A stretch of 64,000 nucleotides of DNA from Escherichia coli (GTDB lineage Bacteria; Pseudomonadota; Gammaproteobacteria; Enterobacterales; Enterobacteriaceae): the NCBI RefSeq assembly GCF_051903065.1, contig NZ_CP178438.1; one strand, given 5' to 3'. Shown here piece after piece: positions 21,801-33,372 of the stretch. Position 1 is the stretch's first letter. Every line of letters begins with the position of its first letter. The notes below the pieces were generated by a model. It was given only the letters and a program-made list of their open reading frames with translations. It was not told the origin of the DNA and ran no database searches. Both the position numbers and the translations under genes were made by a program.

Positions 21801-23069
21801 ATGTATGATTTTGTGATTATTGGCGGTGGCATCATCGGCATGTCGACCGCCATGCAACTGATTGATGTCTACCCGGATGCCCGCATTGCGTTGCTGGAGA
21901 AAGAGTCCGGCCCGGCCTGTCACCAGACGGGCCACAACAGCGGCGTGATCCATGCCGGGGTTTATTACACGCCCGGCAGTCTGAAGGCGCAGTTTTGCCT
22001 GGCGGGAAACCGCGCCACCAAAGCCTTTTGCGATCAAAACGGCATTCGCTACGACAACTGCGGCAAGATGCTGGTCGCCACGTCTGAACTCGAAATGGAA
22101 CGGATGCGCGCCTTATGGGAACGCACGGCCGCGAACGGTATCGAGCGCGAGTGGTTAAACGCCGATGAACTGCGCGAGCGCGAACCGAATATCACCGGGC
22201 TTGGCGGTATTTTTGTGCCGTCCAGCGGCATTGTCAGCTACCGCGAAGTCACGGCGGCGATGGCAAAAATCTTCCAGGCCAGAGGCGGCGAGATTATCTA
22301 TAACGCCGAAGTCAGCGGCCTTAGTGAGCATAAAAACGGCGTGGTGATACGTACCCGTCAGGGTGGCGAATACGAAGCGTCAACGCTGATTAGCTGTTCC
22401 GGGCTGATGGCTGACCGGCTGGTGAAAATGCTCGGCCTCGAACCGGGCTTTATTATCTGCCCGTTCCGTGGCGAGTATTTCCGCCTGGTGCCGGAGCATA
22501 ACCAGATTGTTAACCACCTGATTTACCCCATCCCCGACCCGGCAATGCCGTTTTTAGGCGTTCATCTCACCCGCATGATCGACGGTAGCGTCACCGTTGG
22601 GCCAAACGCAGTGCTGGCGTTCAAACGCGAAGGCTATCGCAAGCGCGACTTCTCGTTTAGCGACACGCTGGAGATTTTAGGCTCGTCGGGGATTCGCCGG
22701 GTGCTGCAAAACCATCTACGCTCAGGACTGGGCGAGATGAAAAACTCGCTGTGCAAAAGCGGCTATCTGCGGCTGGTGCAAAAGTATTGTCCCCGGCTTT
22801 CGTTAAGCGATCTCCAGCCCTGGCCCGCCGGTGTGCGGGCGCAGGCGGTATCGCCGGACGGCAAGCTGATTGACGATTTTCTGTTTGTCACTACCCCGCG
22901 CACGATCCACACCTGCAATGCGCCCTCCCCGGCAGCGACATCAGCAATTCCTATTGGTGCGCATATTGTCAGCAAGGTACAAACGCTGTTGGCAAGCCAG
23001 AGTAACCCCGGACGCACGCTGCGAGCGGCACGTAGTGTGGATGCCTTACACGCCGCATTTAATCAATAA
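21801..23069 (+). CDS. lhgO: L-2-hydroxyglutarate dehydrogenase/oxidase
   Basis: FAD-binding GGGIIG N-terminus; synteny. Confidence 0.95.
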   Translation: MYDFVIIGGGIIGMSTAMQLIDVYPDARIALLEKESGPACHQTGHNSGVIHAGVYYTPGSLKAQFCLAGNRATKAFCDQNGIRYDNCGKMLVATSELEMERMRALWERTAANGIEREWLNADELREREPNITGLGGIFVPSSGIVSYREVTAAMAKIFQARGGEIIYNAEVSGLSEHKNGVVIRTRQGGEYEASTLISCSGLMADRLVKMLGLEPGFIICPFRGEYFRLVPEHNQIVNHLIYPIPDPAMPFLGVHLTRMIDGSVTVGPNAVLAFKREGYRKRDFSFSDTLEILGSSGIRRVLQNHLRSGLGEMKNSLCKSGYLRLVQKYCPRLSLSDLQPWPAGVRAQAVSPDGKLIDDFLFVTTPRTIHTCNAPSPAATSAIPIGAHIVSKVQTLLASQSNPGRTLRAARSVDALHAAFNQ

Positions 23070-23091
23070 CCTTTGTAAACAGGATGTAGCG

Positions 23092-24540
23092 ATGAAACTG
23101 AACGACAGTAACTTATTCCGCCAGCAGGCGTTGATTAACGGGGAATGGCTGGACGCCAACAATGGTGAAGTCATCGACGTCACCAATCCGGCGAACGGCG
23201 ACAAGCTGGGTAGCGTGCCGAAAATGGGCGCAGATGAAACCCGCGCCGCTATCGACGCCGCCAACCGCACCCTGCCCGCATGGCGTGCGCTCACCGCCAA
23301 AGAACGCGCCAACATTCTGCGCAACTGGTTCAATTTGATGATGGAGCATCAGGACGATTTAGCGCGCCTGATGACCCTCGAACAGGGTAAACCGCTGGCT
23401 GAAGCGAAAGGCGAAATCAGCTACGCCGCCTCTTTTATTGAGTGGTTTGCCGAAGAAGGCAAACGCATTTATGGCGACACCATTCCCGGTCATCAGGCCG
23501 ATAAGCGCCTGATTGTTATCAAGCAGCCGATTGGCGTCACCGCGGCCATCACACCATGGAACTTCCCGGCGGCGATGATTACCCGTAAAGCCGGCCCGGC
23601 GCTGGCGGCAGGCTGCACCATGGTGCTGAAGCCCGCCAGTCAAACGCCGTTCTCTGCGTTGGCGCTGGCGGAGCTGGCGATCCGCGCGGGCATTCCGGCA
23701 GGCGTGTTTAACGTGGTCACCGGTTCGGCGGGCGCGGTGGGTAACGAACTGACCAGCAATCCGCTGGTGCGCAAACTGTCGTTTACCGGTTCGACCGAAA
23801 TTGGCCGCCAGTTAATGGAACAGTGCGCGAAAGACATCAAAAAAGTGTCGCTGGAGCTGGGCGGCAACGCGCCGTTTATCGTCTTTGACGATGCCGATCT
23901 CGATAAAGCCGTGGAAGGCGCACTGGCTTCGAAATTCCGCAACGCCGGGCAAACCTGCGTCTGCGCCAACCGTTTATATGTGCAGGACGGCGTGTATGAC
24001 CGCTTTGCCGAAAAATTGCAGCAGGCGGTGAGCAAACTGCATATCGGCGACGGGCTGGAGAAAGGCGTCACCATCGGGCCGCTGATCGATGAAAAAGCGG
24101 TAGCAAAAGTGGAAGAGCATATTGCCGATGCGCTGGAGAAAGGCGCGCGCGTGGTTTGCGGCGGTAAAGCGGATGAACGCGGCGGCAACTTCTTCCAGCC
24201 GACCATTCTGGTGGACGTTCCAGCCAACGCCAAAGTCTCGAAAGAAGAGACGTTCGGCCCCCTCGCCCCGCTGTTCCGCTTTAAAGATGAAGCCGATGTG
24301 ATTGCGCAAGCCAATGACACCGAGTTTGGCCTTGCCGCCTATTTCTACGCCCGTGATTTAAGCCGCGTCTTCCGCGTGGGCGAAGCGCTGGAGTACGGCA
24401 TCGTCGGCATCAATACCGGCATTATTTCCAATGAAGTGGCCCCGTTCGGCGGCATCAAAGCCTCGGGTCTGGGTCGTGAAGGTTCGAAGTATGGCATCGA
24501 AGATTACTTAGAAATCAAATATATGTGCATTGGTCTTTAA
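23092..24540 (+). CDS. gabD: Succinate-semialdehyde dehydrogenase
   Basis: 482 aa from MKLNDSN; aldehyde dehydrogenase motifs. Confidence 0.95.
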   Translation: MKLNDSNLFRQQALINGEWLDANNGEVIDVTNPANGDKLGSVPKMGADETRAAIDAANRTLPAWRALTAKERANILRNWFNLMMEHQDDLARLMTLEQGKPLAEAKGEISYAASFIEWFAEEGKRIYGDTIPGHQADKRLIVIKQPIGVTAAITPWNFPAAMITRKAGPALAAGCTMVLKPASQTPFSALALAELAIRAGIPAGVFNVVTGSAGAVGNELTSNPLVRKLSFTGSTEIGRQLMEQCAKDIKKVSLELGGNAPFIVFDDADLDKAVEGALASKFRNAGQTCVCANRLYVQDGVYDRFAEKLQQAVSKLHIGDGLEKGVTIGPLIDEKAVAKVEEHIADALEKGARVVCGGKADERGGNFFQPTILVDVPANAKVSKEETFGPLAPLFRFKDEADVIAQANDTEFGLAAYFYARDLSRVFRVGEALEYGIVGINTGIISNEVAPFGGIKASGLGREGSKYGIEDYLEIKYMCIGL

Positions 24541-24553
24541 CTGGAGAACGCGA

Positions 24554-25834
24554 ATGAGCAGCAATAAAGAGTTAATGCAGCGCCGCAGTCAGGCAGTTCC
24601 TCGTGGCGTTGGGCAAATTCACCCCATTTTCGCTGATCGCGCGGAAAACTGCCGGGTGTGGGACGTTGAAGGCCGTGAGTATCTTGATTTCGCGGGCGGC
24701 ATTGCGGTGCTCAATACCGGGCACCTGCATCCTAAAGTGGTTGCGGCGGTGGAAGCGCAGTTGAAAAAATTGTCGCACACCTGCTTCCAGGTGCTGGCTT
24801 ACGAGCCGTATCTGGAGCTGTGCGAGATTATGAATCAGAAGGTGCCGGGCGATTTTGCCAAGAAAACGCTACTGGTCACCACGGGTTCCGAAGCGGTGGA
24901 AAACGCGGTGAAAATCGCCCGCGCCGCCACCAAACGTAGCGGAACTATCGCCTTTAGCGGCGCGTACCACGGGCGCACGCATTACACGCTGGCGCTGACC
25001 GGCAAGGTGAATCCGTACTCTGCGGGCATGGGGCTGATGCCTGGGCACGTTTATCGCGCGCTTTATCCTTGCCCGCTGCACGGCATCAGTGAAGATGACG
25101 CTATCGCCAGCATTCACCGAATTTTTAAAAATGATGCTGCGCCGGAAGATATCGCCGCCATCGTGATTGAGCCGGTTCAGGGCGAAGGCGGTTTCTACGC
25201 CGCGACGCCAGCCTTTATGCAGCGTTTACGCGCGCTGTGTGACGAGCACGGGATCATGCTGATTGCCGATGAAGTGCAGAGCGGCGCGGGGCGTACCGGC
25301 ACGCTGTTTGCGATGGAGCAGATGGGCGTTGCGCCGGATCTTACCACCTTTGCGAAATCGATCGCGGGCGGTTTCCCGCTGGCGGGCGTCACCGGGCGCG
25401 CGGAAGTGATGGATGCCGTCGCTCCAGGCGGTCTGGGCGGAACCTATGCCGGTAACCCGATTGCCTGCGTAGCTGCGCTGGAAGTGTTGAAGGTGTTTGA
25501 GCAGGAAAATCTGCTGCAAAAAGCCAACGATCTGGGGCAGAAGCTAAAAGACGGATTGCTGGCGATAGCCGAAAAACACCCGGAGATCGGCGACGTACGC
25601 GGCCTGGGAGCGATGATTGCCATCGAGCTGTTTGAAGATGGCGATCACAGCAAACCGGACGCCAAACTCACCGCCGAGATCGTGGCTCGCGCCCGCGATA
25701 AAGGCCTGATTCTTCTCTCCTGCGGCCCGTATTACAACGTGCTGCGCATCCTTGTACCGCTCACCATTGAAGACGCTCAGATCCGTCAGGGTCTGGAGAT
25801 CATCGGCCAGTGTTTTGCTGAGGCGAAGCAGTAG
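24554..25834 (+). CDS. gabT: 4-aminobutyrate aminotransferase
   Basis: 426 aa from MSSNKELMQRR; class III aminotransferase. Confidence 0.95.
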   Translation: MSSNKELMQRRSQAVPRGVGQIHPIFADRAENCRVWDVEGREYLDFAGGIAVLNTGHLHPKVVAAVEAQLKKLSHTCFQVLAYEPYLELCEIMNQKVPGDFAKKTLLVTTGSEAVENAVKIARAATKRSGTIAFSGAYHGRTHYTLALTGKVNPYSAGMGLMPGHVYRALYPCPLHGISEDDAIASIHRIFKNDAAPEDIAAIVIEPVQGEGGFYAATPAFMQRLRALCDEHGIMLIADEVQSGAGRTGTLFAMEQMGVAPDLTTFAKSIAGGFPLAGVTGRAEVMDAVAPGGLGGTYAGNPIACVAALEVLKVFEQENLLQKANDLGQKLKDGLLAIAEKHPEIGDVRGLGAMIAIELFEDGDHSKPDAKLTAEIVARARDKGLILLSCGPYYNVLRILVPLTIEDAQIRQGLEIIGQCFAEAKQ

Positions 25835-25844
25835 CACCGCCCCC

Positions 25845-26110
25845 ATGCCGGAGGCGACGCTGCGCGTCTTGTCCGGCCTACAGGTATCAGGTCGGATAAG
25901 GCGTTTACGCCGCATCCGACATTCGGCGCACCATGCCGGAGGCGACGCTTACGCGTCTTGTCCGGCCTACGGAAATGTAGGTCGGATAAGGCGTTTACGC
26001 CGCATCCGACAATCGGCGCACCCATGCCGGAGGCGACGCTTTGCGTCTTGTCCGGCCTACGGGGATCCAGGTCGGATAAGGCGTTTACGCCGCATCCGAC
26101 AATCTGTACG
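25845..26110. repeat. REP/BIME cluster (about 4 REP units) between gabT and gabP
   Basis: Repeated gccggatgcggcgtaaacgccttatccgacct units in alternating orientation. Confidence 0.85.
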
Positions 26111-26250
26111 TGAACAGGAATAAATCTATGTTGGCCGGGTAAGGCGGAGCCGCTCTCCGGCAAAAAGAATCAATAACAATTAAACGCGTGACCCGACGCG
26201 GGAAATGTCGGGGCGCTCTCCCAAGTGACACACTTTCGAGAGGATTCAGG

Positions 26251-27651
26251 ATGGGGCAATCATCGCAACCACATGAGTTAGGCGGCGGGCTGAAGTCACG
26301 CCATGTCACCATGTTGTCTATTGCCGGTGTTATCGGCGCAAGTCTGTTTGTCGGTTCCAGCGTCGCCATCGCCGAAGCGGGCCCGGCGGTATTACTGGCC
26401 TATCTGTTCGCCGGGCTACTGGTGGTTATGATTATGCGGATGTTGGCGGAAATGGCGGTTGCCACGCCCGATACCGGTTCGTTTTCCACCTATGCCGATA
26501 AAGCCATTGGTCGCTGGGCGGGCTATACCATCGGCTGGTTGTACTGGTGGTTTTGGGTACTGGTTATCCCGCTGGAAGCCAACATCGCCGCCATGATCCT
26601 GCACTCGTGGGTTCCAGGCATTCCCATCTGGTTATTTTCCCTCGTCATTACCCTTGCCTTAACTGGCAGTAATTTATTAAGCGTTAAAAACTACGGCGAA
26701 TTTGAGTTCTGGCTGGCGCTGTGCAAAGTCATCGCTATCTTGGCCTTTATTTTCCTTGGTGCAGTCGCAATTAGCGGTTTTTACCCGTATGCCGACGTGA
26801 GCGGGATCTCAAGATTGTGGGATAGCGGCGGCTTTATGCCCAACGGCTTCGGTGCGGTATTAAGCGCGATGTTGATCACCATGTTCTCGTTTATGGGCGC
26901 AGAAATTGTCACCATTGCCGCCGCGGAATCCGACACGCCGGAAAAACATATTGTCCGCGCTACCAACTCGGTTATCTGGCGTATTTCTATCTTCTATTTG
27001 TGCTCTATTTTTGTCGTAGTGGCGTTAATACCGTGGAATATGCCGGGGCTGAAAGCCGTTGGTTCTTATCGCTCGGTTCTGGAATTGCTCAATATTCCCC
27101 ATGCGAAATTAATCATGGACTGCGTGATATTACTTTCCGTAACCAGCTGTCTGAACTCGGCGCTGTATACCGCGTCAAGGATGCTCTACTCCTTAAGCCG
27201 TCGCGGTGATGCGCCCGCGGTAATGGGCAAAATCAATCGCAGTAAAACCCCGTATGTGGCGGTGTTACTCTCCACCGGAGCGGCATTTTTAACGGTGGTG
27301 GTGAACTATTACGCACCTGCGAAAGTGTTTAAATTCCTGATAGACAGCTCCGGTGCTATCGCCCTGCTGGTTTATTTAGTCATCGCCGTTTCACAGTTGC
27401 GGATGCGTAAAATTCTGCGAGCAGAAGGAAGCGAAATTCGCTTGCGCATGTGGCTTTACCCGTGGCTCACCTGGCTGGTAATAGGCTTTATTACCTTTGT
27501 GTTGGTGGTGATGTTATTCCGCCCGGCGCAACAGTTAGAAGTGATCTCTACCGGCTTATTAGCGATAGGGATTATCTGTACCGTGCCGATTATGGCGCGC
27601 TGGAAAAAGCTGGTATTGTGGCAAAAAACACCCGTTCATAATACGCGCTGA
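26251..27651 (+). CDS. gabP: GABA permease
   Basis: 466 aa from MGQSSQPHELGGGLKSRH; APC transporter. Confidence 0.95.
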   Translation: MGQSSQPHELGGGLKSRHVTMLSIAGVIGASLFVGSSVAIAEAGPAVLLAYLFAGLLVVMIMRMLAEMAVATPDTGSFSTYADKAIGRWAGYTIGWLYWWFWVLVIPLEANIAAMILHSWVPGIPIWLFSLVITLALTGSNLLSVKNYGEFEFWLALCKVIAILAFIFLGAVAISGFYPYADVSGISRLWDSGGFMPNGFGAVLSAMLITMFSFMGAEIVTIAAAESDTPEKHIVRATNSVIWRISIFYLCSIFVVVALIPWNMPGLKAVGSYRSVLELLNIPHAKLIMDCVILLSVTSCLNSALYTASRMLYSLSRRGDAPAVMGKINRSKTPYVAVLLSTGAAFLTVVVNYYAPAKVFKFLIDSSGAIALLVYLVIAVSQLRMRKILRAEGSEIRLRMWLYPWLTWLVIGFITFVLVVMLFRPAQQLEVISTGLLAIGIICTVPIMARWKKLVLWQKTPVHNTR

Positions 27652-27671
27652 TAATGATCAGGAGTCACACC

Positions 27672-28334
27672 ATGACCATTACGTCTCTGGATGGCTATCG
27701 CTGGCTGAAGAACGATATTATTCGCGGTAATTTTCAACCGGATGAAAAATTACGAATGAGTTTGCTGACATCGCGTTATGCACTTGGCGTTGGGCCGTTA
27801 CGGGAAGCTCTTTCGCAACTGGTGGCGGAACGGCTGGTCACGGTGGTGAATCAAAAAGGGTATCGGGTGGCGTCTATGTCAGAGCAGGAGCTGCTCGATA
27901 TTTTCGACGCCCGCGCCAATATGGAAGCGATGTTAGTGAGTCTGGCGATTGCCCGCGGTGGCGATGAGTGGGAGGCAGACGTTCTCGCAAAAGCGCATCT
28001 GCTGAGTAAGCTTGAGGCCTGTGACGCCAGCGAGAAAATGCTTGATGAGTGGGATCTGCGTCATCAGGCGTTTCATACTGCAATTGTGGCGGGCTGTGGT
28101 TCTCACTATTTGCTGCAAATGCGTGAACGGTTGTTTGATCTGGCGGCGCGTTATCGATTTATCTGGCTGCGGCGAACGGTGCTTTCGGTGGAAATGCTGG
28201 AGGATAAACACGATCAGCACCAGACCCTGACTGCGGCGGTACTGGCGCGAGATACCGCGCGCGCCAGTGAGTTAATGTGCCAGCATTTACTGACGCCAAT
28301 TCCCATTATCCAGCAGGCGATGGCTGGCAATTAA
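27672..28334 (+). CDS. csiR: GntR-family repressor CsiR
   Basis: 220 aa from MTITSLDGYRWL. Confidence 0.9.
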   Translation: MTITSLDGYRWLKNDIIRGNFQPDEKLRMSLLTSRYALGVGPLREALSQLVAERLVTVVNQKGYRVASMSEQELLDIFDARANMEAMLVSLAIARGGDEWEADVLAKAHLLSKLEACDASEKMLDEWDLRHQAFHTAIVAGCGSHYLLQMRERLFDLAARYRFIWLRRTVLSVEMLEDKHDQHQTLTAAVLARDTARASELMCQHLLTPIPIIQQAMAGN

Positions 28335-28784
28335 CTACTCTTCAGGAATACGCAACACTTGCCCCGGGTAAATTTTATCCGGGCTTTTTAGCATCGGTTT
28401 ATTCGCTTCGAAGATTTTATTGTACAGATTGGCGTTACCGTAGACCTGTTTGGAAATGGCACTCAGAGTGTCGCCAGACTTAACGGTATAAAACTGGCTG
28501 GCAGTGGCTGGTGTCGCCGTTTTCACCTGATCATCGACACTGGCAATACCGGAAATATTCCCCACCGCAACAAGGATTTTCTCCTTCGCCTCCTGACTCA
28601 GGCCGTCACCAGTGACCGTCGCTTTGCCGTCGGCAATTTGAATGTTCACTTTATCGGCATCCGGTATACCGGTTTTGTTCAGATGCTCCTGCACCTTCTT
28701 CGCCTGATCGTCTTTATCGTGCTGACCTGTAACCGCGTCCCAGAGTTTTTCTCCGGCATCTTTCACAAAATTGAACAGACCCAT
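28335..28784 (-). CDS. ygaU: Potassium-binding protein Kbp (BON-LysM)
   Basis: 149 aa from [15 protein letters not shown]. Confidence 0.9.
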
Positions 28785-28867
28785 AGCTACCTCATTCGTT
28801 AACGGAAACACTCAGAAAGTGTAGCAGAGGAACGCGGCGCGTTAACGCCGCGGGGATGAGCACAGGT

Positions 28868-29026
28868 TTAATCGCGGGTTTGCACCCAGAACGCGTGAAT
28901 CAAACCGGGGATATACCCAAGCAGTGTCAGCAGAATATTAATAATGAACGCCCAACCGAACCCTTTACCGAGCAGCACGCCGAGCGGCGGCAGAATGATG
29001 GTGATGACGATTCTCCAGAAACCCAT
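28868..29026 (-). CDS. yqaE: Small membrane protein YqaE (UPF0057)
   Basis: 52-aa minus-strand ORF MGFWRIVITIILPPLGVLLGKGF..., not in the 60-aa-cutoff track. Confidence 0.8.
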   Translation of the reverse strand: MGFWRIVITIILPPLGVLLGKGFGWAFIINILLTLLGYIPGLIHAFWVQTRD

Positions 29027-29208
29027 ATGTACTCCCTATAAGAAAATTACTCATTGTTTAAAAAGAGATTTTATCTCTTAAGCGTAGTAATTTTAGCGGA
29101 GGCTGCCAGTTTCAGCTTACGCTTTTACTCTCATTTACGCTGCTGATGCTGGTATATGTTGCATTTTTAGTTTAGAGTTTACTTAATTTAGAAAATACTT
29201 AAATAAAT

Positions 29209-29508
29209 ATGACTGAACTCGCGCAATTACAGGCCAGTGCCGAACAGGCAGCGGCCTTATTGAAAGCAATGAGCCACCCTAAACGGTTGCTGATTCTGTG
29301 CATGCTTAGCGGTTCCCCCGGCACCAGCGCGGGAGAGCTGACGCGCATTACCGGACTGAGTGCCTCTGCGACATCACAGCATCTCGCCCGTATGCGGGAC
29401 GAAGGGCTTATCGACAGCCAACGGGATGCCCAACGCATTCTATATTCCATTAAAAATGAGGCGGTAAATGCCATTATCGCCACCCTGAAAAATGTCTATT
29501 GTCCGTAA
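29209..29508 (+). CDS. ygaV: ArsR-family transcriptional regulator
   Basis: 99-aa HTH protein. Confidence 0.9.
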   Translation: MTELAQLQASAEQAAALLKAMSHPKRLLILCMLSGSPGTSAGELTRITGLSASATSQHLARMRDEGLIDSQRDAQRILYSIKNEAVNAIIATLKNVYCP

Positions 29509-29517
29509 GGAGTCACT

Positions 29518-30036
29518 ATGGCTTTGACAACCATTTCGCCGCATGATGCACAAGAATTAATCGCACGCGGCGCAAAGTTAATCGATATTCGTGACGCTGA
29601 TGAATATCTTCGTGAACATATTCCTGAAGCAGATCTGGCTCCATTATCCGTGCTGGAACAGTCAGGTCTCCCGGCTAAATTACGTCGCGAGCAAATTATA
29701 TTCCACTGCCAGGCAGGTAAACGCACCAGTAATAACGCCGATAAATTAGCAGCGATTGCCGCCCCCGCAGAAATCTTTTTACTCGAAGATGGGATTGATG
29801 GCTGGAAAAAAGCAGGATTGCCAGTAGCGGTAAATAAATCTCAACCCTTGCCGTTAATGCGCCAGGTGCAGATCGCTGCGGGTGGTTTAATATTAATCGG
29901 CGTTGTACTGGGTTATACCGTAAATAGCGGTTTCTTCTTATTAAGCGGCTTTGTTGGTGCCGGGTTACTGTTTGCAGGAATTAGCGGTTTTTGTGGGATG
30001 GCAAGGTTGTTAGATAAGATGCCGTGGAACCAATGA
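29518..30036 (+). CDS. ygaP: Membrane-anchored rhodanese (thiosulfate sulfurtransferase)
   Basis: Rhodanese domain with C-terminal TM segments. Confidence 0.9.
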   Translation: MALTTISPHDAQELIARGAKLIDIRDADEYLREHIPEADLAPLSVLEQSGLPAKLRREQIIFHCQAGKRTSNNADKLAAIAAPAEIFLLEDGIDGWKKAGLPVAVNKSQPLPLMRQVQIAAGGLILIGVVLGYTVNSGFFLLSGFVGAGLLFAGISGFCGMARLLDKMPWNQ

Positions 30037-30088
30037 GCTTGAGAAGCGACGCCGGACGCGCCATAGCAGCGACATCCGGCCTCAGTAA

Positions 30089-30493
30089 TTAGATCAGGAA
30101 ATCGTCGAGAGATTTACCTTCTGCCAGCGCCTGAGCGATTGGCTTCGGTGTACGGCCCTGACCGGTCCAGGTTTTAGTTTCACCGTTAACATCGGTGAAT
30201 TTATATTTCGCCGGACGCGGCTGGCGTTTTTTACCAGCACGTGGTGCAGCAGCAGAGCTATTACCCAATAACTCTTCCGGGTTAATTCCGTCAGCTTTCA
30301 TCAGCTCCAGCCAGGTGCTAATTTTTTCCTGGCGCTCTGCCAGTTCACGCTGCTGCTGTTCTTCTTCTTCACGTCTTTCTTTAGTGACAACCCTGAATTT
30401 TTCGAGCATTTCTTCAAGAACGTCAATGGAGAATTCGCGAGCCATCGCACGGAGGGTGCGAATGTTATTTAAACTTTGTAACATTACGGACAT
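30089..30493 (-). CDS. stpA: H-NS paralogue StpA
   Basis: 134-aa translation. Confidence 0.95.
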   Translation of the reverse strand: MSVMLQSLNNIRTLRAMAREFSIDVLEEMLEKFRVVTKERREEEEQQQRELAERQEKISTWLELMKADGINPEELLGNSSAAAPRAGKKRQPRPAKYKFTDVNGETKTWTGQGRTPKPIAQALAEGKSLDDFLI

Positions 30494-31160
30494 AATAAAG
30501 AAAACCTTTTAACGCCAAAACAAAAAAGTATTTCGTCGCGTAGTGTAAGCGATCACTTATTATATTTCCACAAAATTTAATCTATTTACAGTCCTGCGCG
30601 AGATTATTTCAGCTGTTATTTTCTGAAACTCTCAGAATAATTTCAAGATTATATATTAGCCATTTTGATGAGTAATTTAGGTTATTGGTGAACAGAGTGG
30701 CGCTCTCTGCTCGCTAATTCCGCAAGCCTGACAAAACCGAAGTGAATAAAAATGCAATATAACAGAATAAAAGAAAACACCACTCACTGGTGCTTTCTGC
30801 TGTTAATGTACATTTTCTGGCATAAAAAATGCTGTAAATGACCCGGTCACGACATACACCGAATTCTCTACGCTTATAGCGTTACCTCACCCCCAAACTT
30901 TCATTAGTGAAATTAAAGGAAAGGTCATATCTAATTGATTTAATTGAAAATAAATCATATCGGCATGTAAAAATCCACAATGTACAAAAAACGAGCCGTT
31001 ACGGAATATTTTATCTACAAAAACTGACTAAATAAAAATTTTTCACTAATTGATTAGTCATAGTCAGCGATATACGCTATGCGAAAATGCAGATGGCAAT
31101 GAGATCCACTGCTTTCATCTCCATTAACATCCCATTACGCTTTTATTAAGGAGCATTAGC

Positions 31161-31610
31161 ATGTTCTCACCGCAGTCACGCTTGCGTCATGCAGTTGCAG
31201 ATACGTTCGCGATGGTTGTTTACTGTTCTGTCGTGAACATGTGTATTGAAGTTTTCCTCTCCGGAATGAGCTTCGAACAGTCTTTTTATTCCAGATTGGT
31301 AGCGATTCCGGTGAACATCTTAATTGCATGGCCATACGGTATGTACCGCGATCTGTTTATGCGCGCGGCACGCAAAGTTAGCCCGTCGGGCTGGATAAAA
31401 AATCTGGCGGATATCCTGGCTTATGTGACGTTCCAGTCACCGGTGTATGTGGCGATCTTGTTAGTGGTGGGCGCAGACTGGCATCAGATTATGGCGGCAG
31501 TCAGTTCAAACATCGTTGTTTCGATGTTGATGGGGGCGGTTTATGGCTACTTCCTCGATTATTGCCGCCGACTGTTTAAAGTCAGCCATTACCAGCAGGT
31601 AAAAGCCTGA
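31161..31610 (+). CDS. alaE: L-alanine exporter AlaE
   Basis: 149-aa membrane protein. Confidence 0.9.
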   Translation: MFSPQSRLRHAVADTFAMVVYCSVVNMCIEVFLSGMSFEQSFYSRLVAIPVNILIAWPYGMYRDLFMRAARKVSPSGWIKNLADILAYVTFQSPVYVAILLVVGADWHQIMAAVSSNIVVSMLMGAVYGYFLDYCRRLFKVSHYQQVKA

Positions 31611-31646
31611 CTCTTCTTTTCGCGACTGGCATCGCCAGTCGCGTCT

Positions 31647-31991
31647 TTAACTGGCTTCGCCAAATAAACCATTCAAATAACGTTCAAGCGCAACACGCGA
31701 ACTAAAGCCATGCGGGATACCGTAATGCTCGTGTCGCTCGCCTGCTAAATAGAGCGGAAATTGTTGATAATGATCGCAAGTTTTAATATCGGAAGCGGGT
31801 TCAGCCAGTGTCGAACTACGTTCTTTTAATGTTGGATGAATTACCAGTGCGGTACGTCCCATTCGCGCTTCGCGATTAACATAGACATAATTTTCCCCAC
31901 GGCGGTAACCATACGCTTTCTGGGTTACCACATCGACAGTAAAACCGACTTTTTCAAGTACGCGCGCCACCTCGTCTGGTCGTAAATACAT
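31647..31991 (-). CDS. ygaC: UPF0319/DUF2002 protein YgaC
   Basis: 114 aa; synteny. Confidence 0.85.
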
Positions 31992-32130
31992 ATTTGATCC
32001 TCGTTATTATCAACCGCGGGCCTACCTTACCTGATTGCGCATTCACAACGCTTTCAGAAAAGTCCATAAAGCCGCGATGAACCTCAGTTAAGAAAATTAT
32101 GGTCTACACTGAAAATTACATCGAATTCTA

Positions 32131-32472
32131 ATGGGGGATCATATGTTTAACCGACCGAACCGCAACGACGTTGATGATGGCGTGCAGGATATCCAGAATG
32201 ATGTCAATCAATTAGCTGACAGCCTCGAATCTGTATTGAAGTCCTGGGGCAGCGACGCCAAAGGGGAAGCTGAAGCCGCACGCAGTAAAGCTCAGGCATT
32301 GCTGAAAGAAACCAGGGCGCGAATGCATGGTCGTACTCGCGTCCAGCAAGCCGCGCGCGATGCCGTAGGCTGCGCGGATTCTTTTGTTCGTGAAAGACCC
32401 TGGTGTAGTGTGGGTACAGCGGCTGCGGTAGGTATTTTTATCGGCGTACTGTTAAGCATGCGCAAATCGTAG
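32131..32472 (+). CDS. ygaM: ElaB/YgaM-family membrane-anchored protein
   Basis: 113-aa ORF with C-terminal TM; possible start at 32143. Confidence 0.85.
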   Translation: MGDHMFNRPNRNDVDDGVQDIQNDVNQLADSLESVLKSWGSDAKGEAEAARSKAQALLKETRARMHGRTRVQQAARDAVGCADSFVRERPWCSVGTAAAVGIFIGVLLSMRKS

Positions 32473-32719
32473 TGCAAAAATGATAATAAATACGCGTCTT
32501 TGACCCCGAAGCCTGTCTTCGGGGTTTCTTTTTGCCTGGTGAATCACAAAAATCCCCCTACCCCGTCACGCTCATACCCAGGGTACTTTCGACCACCATT
32601 TGCTATATATTGTGTGGTTGAATCTTTTTTCAACTACATCTAGTATCTCTGTATCAACAGAGAGACAACCCGACGCGTATCATCGCGCCGTATCTTCATT
32701 TTAAACGGAAATACGAATC

Positions 32720-32965
32720 ATGCGCATTACTATTTACACTCGTAACGATTGCGTTCAGTGCCACGCCACCAAACGGGCGATGGAAAACCAGGGCTTTGAT
32801 TTTGAAATGATTAATGTCGATCGCGTTCCTGAAGCGGCAGAAGCGTTGCGTGCTCAGGGCTTTCGTCAGTTGCCGGTAGTGATTGCTGGCGATCTTAGCT
32901 GGTCTGGTTTCCGTCCGGACATGATTAACCGTCTGCATCCAGCGCCACACGCGGCCAGTGCATGA
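32720..32965 (+). CDS. nrdH: Glutaredoxin-like protein NrdH
   Basis: 81 aa with CVQC redox motif. Confidence 0.95.
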
Positions 32966-33372
32966 GCCAGCTCGTCTACTTCTCCAGCAGCTCCGAAAAC
33001 ACGCAGCGTTTTATCGAACGTTTAGGTCTGCCCGCGGTGCGCATCCCGCTCAATGAGCGGGAACGGATTCAGGTAGACGAGCCTTACATCCTGATCGTGC
33101 CCTCTTACGGCGGCGGCGGTACGGCTGGCGCGGTGCCACGACAGGTAATTCGCTTTTTAAACGACGAGCATAACCGGGCATTGCTGCGCGGCGTTATTGC
33201 TTCGGGTAATCGCAACTTTGGTGAGGCGTATGGCCGCGCCGGAGATGTGATTGCCCGGAAATGCGGCGTGCCGTGGCTGTACCGTTTTGAACTCATGGGT
33301 ACGCAAAGCGATATCGAAAACGTTCGTAAAGGAGTAACCGAATTTTGGCAACGACAACCGCAGAATGCCTGA
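32962..33372 (+). CDS. nrdI: Flavodoxin-like NrdI
   Basis: 136 aa; synteny. Confidence 0.95.

Noticed and set aside
23640-24320. 226-aa minus-strand ORF
   Set aside because: Antisense within gabD; low-complexity Ala/Ser-rich translation typical of a spurious frame.
25845-26110. Possible CRISPR array (regularly spaced repeats)
   Set aside because: The repeats are REP/BIME palindromes in alternating orientation, not direct repeats with unique spacers, and there are no cas genes nearby.
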